Positions 62,222-64,000 of a stretch of 64,000 nucleotides of DNA are shown in pieces. The notes beneath the pieces were generated by a model, which saw only the letters and a list, made by a program, of their open reading frames with translations, had not been told where the DNA came from and did not search any database. The stretch is from a virus, in the IMG/VR virus record IMGVR_UViG_3300002039_000001, positions 1-64,000 of that record; one strand, 5' to 3'. How positions within the stretch are numbered: position 1 is the first letter of the stretch; every line of letters starts with the position of its first letter. The translations under genes were made by a program, and so were the position numbers.

Positions 62222-62838
62222 CCAGCACACCAGAACTACCAGACGACCTCTGCTGTTCGGTTCGCGAATGCGGTAGCCCCGTGCTCGCTCGCAATTGGTG
62301 TACCAAACACTATGGACGTTGGAAGGCCCACGGGGACCCGACATATACGGTCCATGACATCGACGAGAAGGCGGCATGGTTCGACAACGCAACCTCAACC
62401 GACAGCGACGAATGTATCGTTTGGCCGTGGCGTTGCGATCCAGATGGTTACGGTCTCTACAAGCACAAGGGCAAGTTCTCTCGGTCCCATCTGGTGGTAC
62501 TCGAACGCACGGCAGGACCGAAGCCTGACGGCATGGAGTGCGCCCACTCTTGCGGTAATCCACCATGTGGCAACCACCGGCATCTGCGTTGGGCGACACA
62601 TAGAGACAACATCGCAGACAAGCGGAACCACGGCACGTTGCTTATCGGCGAAATCCATCCTCGGTCGATACTGAACGAAGCGATCGTTCGTGACATACGG
62701 GTTCGTCGTGACATGGGGGAGCAGATCAAGGCGATAGCGGCGGCACATGGCGTGAACTGGTACACAGTTAGAGATGTTCTGTCGGGACGCACATGGAGCC
62801 ATGTTTCCGCGCGTCCTCCAGTAGAGGACAACACATGA
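62218..62838 (+). CDS. HNH endonuclease, paralogue of 70-645
   Basis: CSVRECGSPVLARNWCTKHYGRWKAHGDP, CAHSCGNPPCGNHRHLRWATHRDN, tail LNEAIVRDIR...GRTWSHV. Same architecture as 70-645. Confidence 0.8.
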   Translation: MTSTPELPDDLCCSVRECGSPVLARNWCTKHYGRWKAHGDPTYTVHDIDEKAAWFDNATSTDSDECIVWPWRCDPDGYGLYKHKGKFSRSHLVVLERTAGPKPDGMECAHSCGNPPCGNHRHLRWATHRDNIADKRNHGTLLIGEIHPRSILNEAIVRDIRVRRDMGEQIKAIAAAHGVNWYTVRDVLSGRTWSHVSARPPVEDNT

Positions 62839-63269
62839 CAGCCAAATTCTTGTTCGAACCCGAAGACGGCGACCTCGGAGTCATCGAAGGACACGTCTCA
62901 CACACAGCCGCTGTTCAGTCTTACGGCCACTACCTGTTGGACGTAGCGAGAATGACCGCAAACGACACAGACGAATACCTGCCGCTTTGCGATTCGGAGC
63001 ACTGCTATCAGACCGAAGACAAGTATCGGGAAGAGTGGTTTGTTTGGCACACGGAACCGAACGACCAAGCTCGACCGGTCACGTTGATCGGTGAAGGTGT
63101 GGAGTCCCGCGTTTATAAGGGTTCGGCGTTTGATTTGATGGAAGAGGAACGCCGCAAACGCAAAGAGCTGGAAGAGAAGTACCGCGCTATGACTGGTCGT
63201 GTCGTTACAGAGGCAGAGCGCACAGTTCAAACCACACGAGTCGGAGTAGAGGACAACACCAATGACTGA
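62835..63269 (+). CDS. hypothetical protein
   Basis: ATG 62835 (ATGA overlap). 144 aa. Confidence 0.55.
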   Translation: MTAKFLFEPEDGDLGVIEGHVSHTAAVQSYGHYLLDVARMTANDTDEYLPLCDSEHCYQTEDKYREEWFVWHTEPNDQARPVTLIGEGVESRVYKGSAFDLMEEERRKRKELEEKYRAMTGRVVTEAERTVQTTRVGVEDNTND

Positions 63270-63495
63270 AACACTGCAAGCCGCGATCTACGGCAACGAC
63301 GACCGAACCGAAGACCTCACCGACAACGACCAGGACCCAACCGAACCACATCCGACCGACTACCGCGACTGGTGGACAGGTAACGAACCATGGCGCGAGT
63401 TGACCGAAGCCGAGTTGTACGCAGATCCGTTGCTGGCTCACATGTTGGGGGCACCGAATACGATTCAGTGTGCCGGGGTGATCGTCGATGGCTGA
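63262..63495 (+). CDS. hypothetical acidic protein
   Basis: 77-aa ORF. Confidence 0.5.
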   Translation: MTETLQAAIYGNDDRTEDLTDNDQDPTEPHPTDYRDWWTGNEPWRELTEAELYADPLLAHMLGAPNTIQCAGVIVDG

Positions 63496-63832
63496 GTTCA
63501 TTGAAGACGCCATAGCGGACCGGCGTGCGAAGGCAGCCGATATACGGGCCAGACTCGCTCCAGCCAATTCTGGCGGTGCGATCATCCACGACCGCGCCGC
63601 AGCCCTGCTGGAGCGCGTGCAGTCTGGTGAGGTGGTTACAGCCGAGGCCCGAGCACTAGCCAGCATCAAGCTTGAGCGCAAACATGGCGGCGGGTTTCGC
63701 TGTCCGCTGCATTGCCATTGCCACTTGGTGCTCTGGTTCAAGACTGACGCTGTCGCGCACGCCGATGGTTGTCAGTGGGTTCGGTCGCGTGCCGCTGTTG
63801 CAAACGCGGAGAGCTCGAATGAAGTTCTGTAG
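63488..63832 (+). CDS. hypothetical protein (RCP-x2-C ... H-x-D-x-C motif)
   Basis: 114 aa. FRCPLHCHCH...VAHADGCQWVRSRAAV. Confidence 0.5.
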   Translation: MAEFIEDAIADRRAKAADIRARLAPANSGGAIIHDRAAALLERVQSGEVVTAEARALASIKLERKHGGGFRCPLHCHCHLVLWFKTDAVAHADGCQWVRSRAAVANAESSNEVL

Positions 63833-63923
63833 CAATCCCTAAAGTCTGCTGCTGGTGTGCCGACAGGTGTAGGGACAACCCACCCGAAACACGGTGTGGG
63901 GTCCAACCACAGGAGGTGCGGAC

Positions 63924-64000
63924 ATGTCCAACACCAGCAAGAAACAACGGCGCCGCCGCGGGGAACTAGCAACCGCCATAACACTCGGAGCCTTAACCGG
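63924..64000 (+). CDS. 5-prime part of a gene cut by the window end
   Basis: aggaggtgcggacATG, then MSNTSKKQRRRRGELATAITLGALT... Confidence 0.4.
   Translation, partial: MSNTSKKQRRRRGELATAITLGALT

Noticed and set aside
63833-64000. Possibility that the window ends join (circular or complete genome).
   Set aside because: No sequence overlap or repeat is visible between 63833-64000 and 1-69. A gene starts at 63924 and a different gene ends at 60, so completeness or circularity cannot be claimed.

Overview
GC-rich, very densely packed segment in which gene overlaps of 1-14 nt are the rule. It reads as most of a tailed dsDNA actinobacteriophage (siphovirus-type) genome or prophage. Bases 1-34 kb hold portal, scaffold, a lambda-E-like major capsid gene, connector genes, tail tube, chaperones, a 1918-aa tape measure, three large post-tape-measure tail proteins and a lysis cassette. 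At 34.1-34.7 kb there is a divergent promoter/operator region. Bases 34.7-48.4 kb are an early region with a Sak4-like ATPase, a WhiB-like regulator, two DNA methyltransferases and an HNH nuclease. A second block of fibre-like genes sits at 48.7-53.4 kb, followed by a four-gene minus-strand operon at 53.4-55.0 kb. The terminase genes are at 55.1-57.8 kb, followed by many small genes and two more HNH genes. Only three short islands are on the minus strand. I recognised no rRNA, tRNA, CRISPR array, integrase, reverse transcriptase or replicative polymerase by eye. All family names come from reading motifs in the translations; no search or structure prediction was run, so functions are hypotheses. 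The best candidates for something new are, in order: (1) an early-region envelope module at 40.2-44.7 kb, with a 1046-aa single-pass membrane protein joining a beta-helix domain to a DUF1996-like domain, then a secreted SLT-like transglycosylase and small Cys-rich/membrane peptides; (2) about 3.6 kb of coupled genes inserted in the head module at 5.7-9.3 kb, including a membrane-anchored 628-aa coiled-coil protein; (3) a second fibre-like module at 48.7-53.4 kb whose two large proteins share the C-terminal hexapeptide NRQYKT; (4) an HNH gene flanked by two diverged copies of the same gene end; (5) a compact divergent promoter pair sharing one inverted repeat; (6) a 607-nt ORF-poor, hairpin-rich region upstream of the WhiB-like gene.
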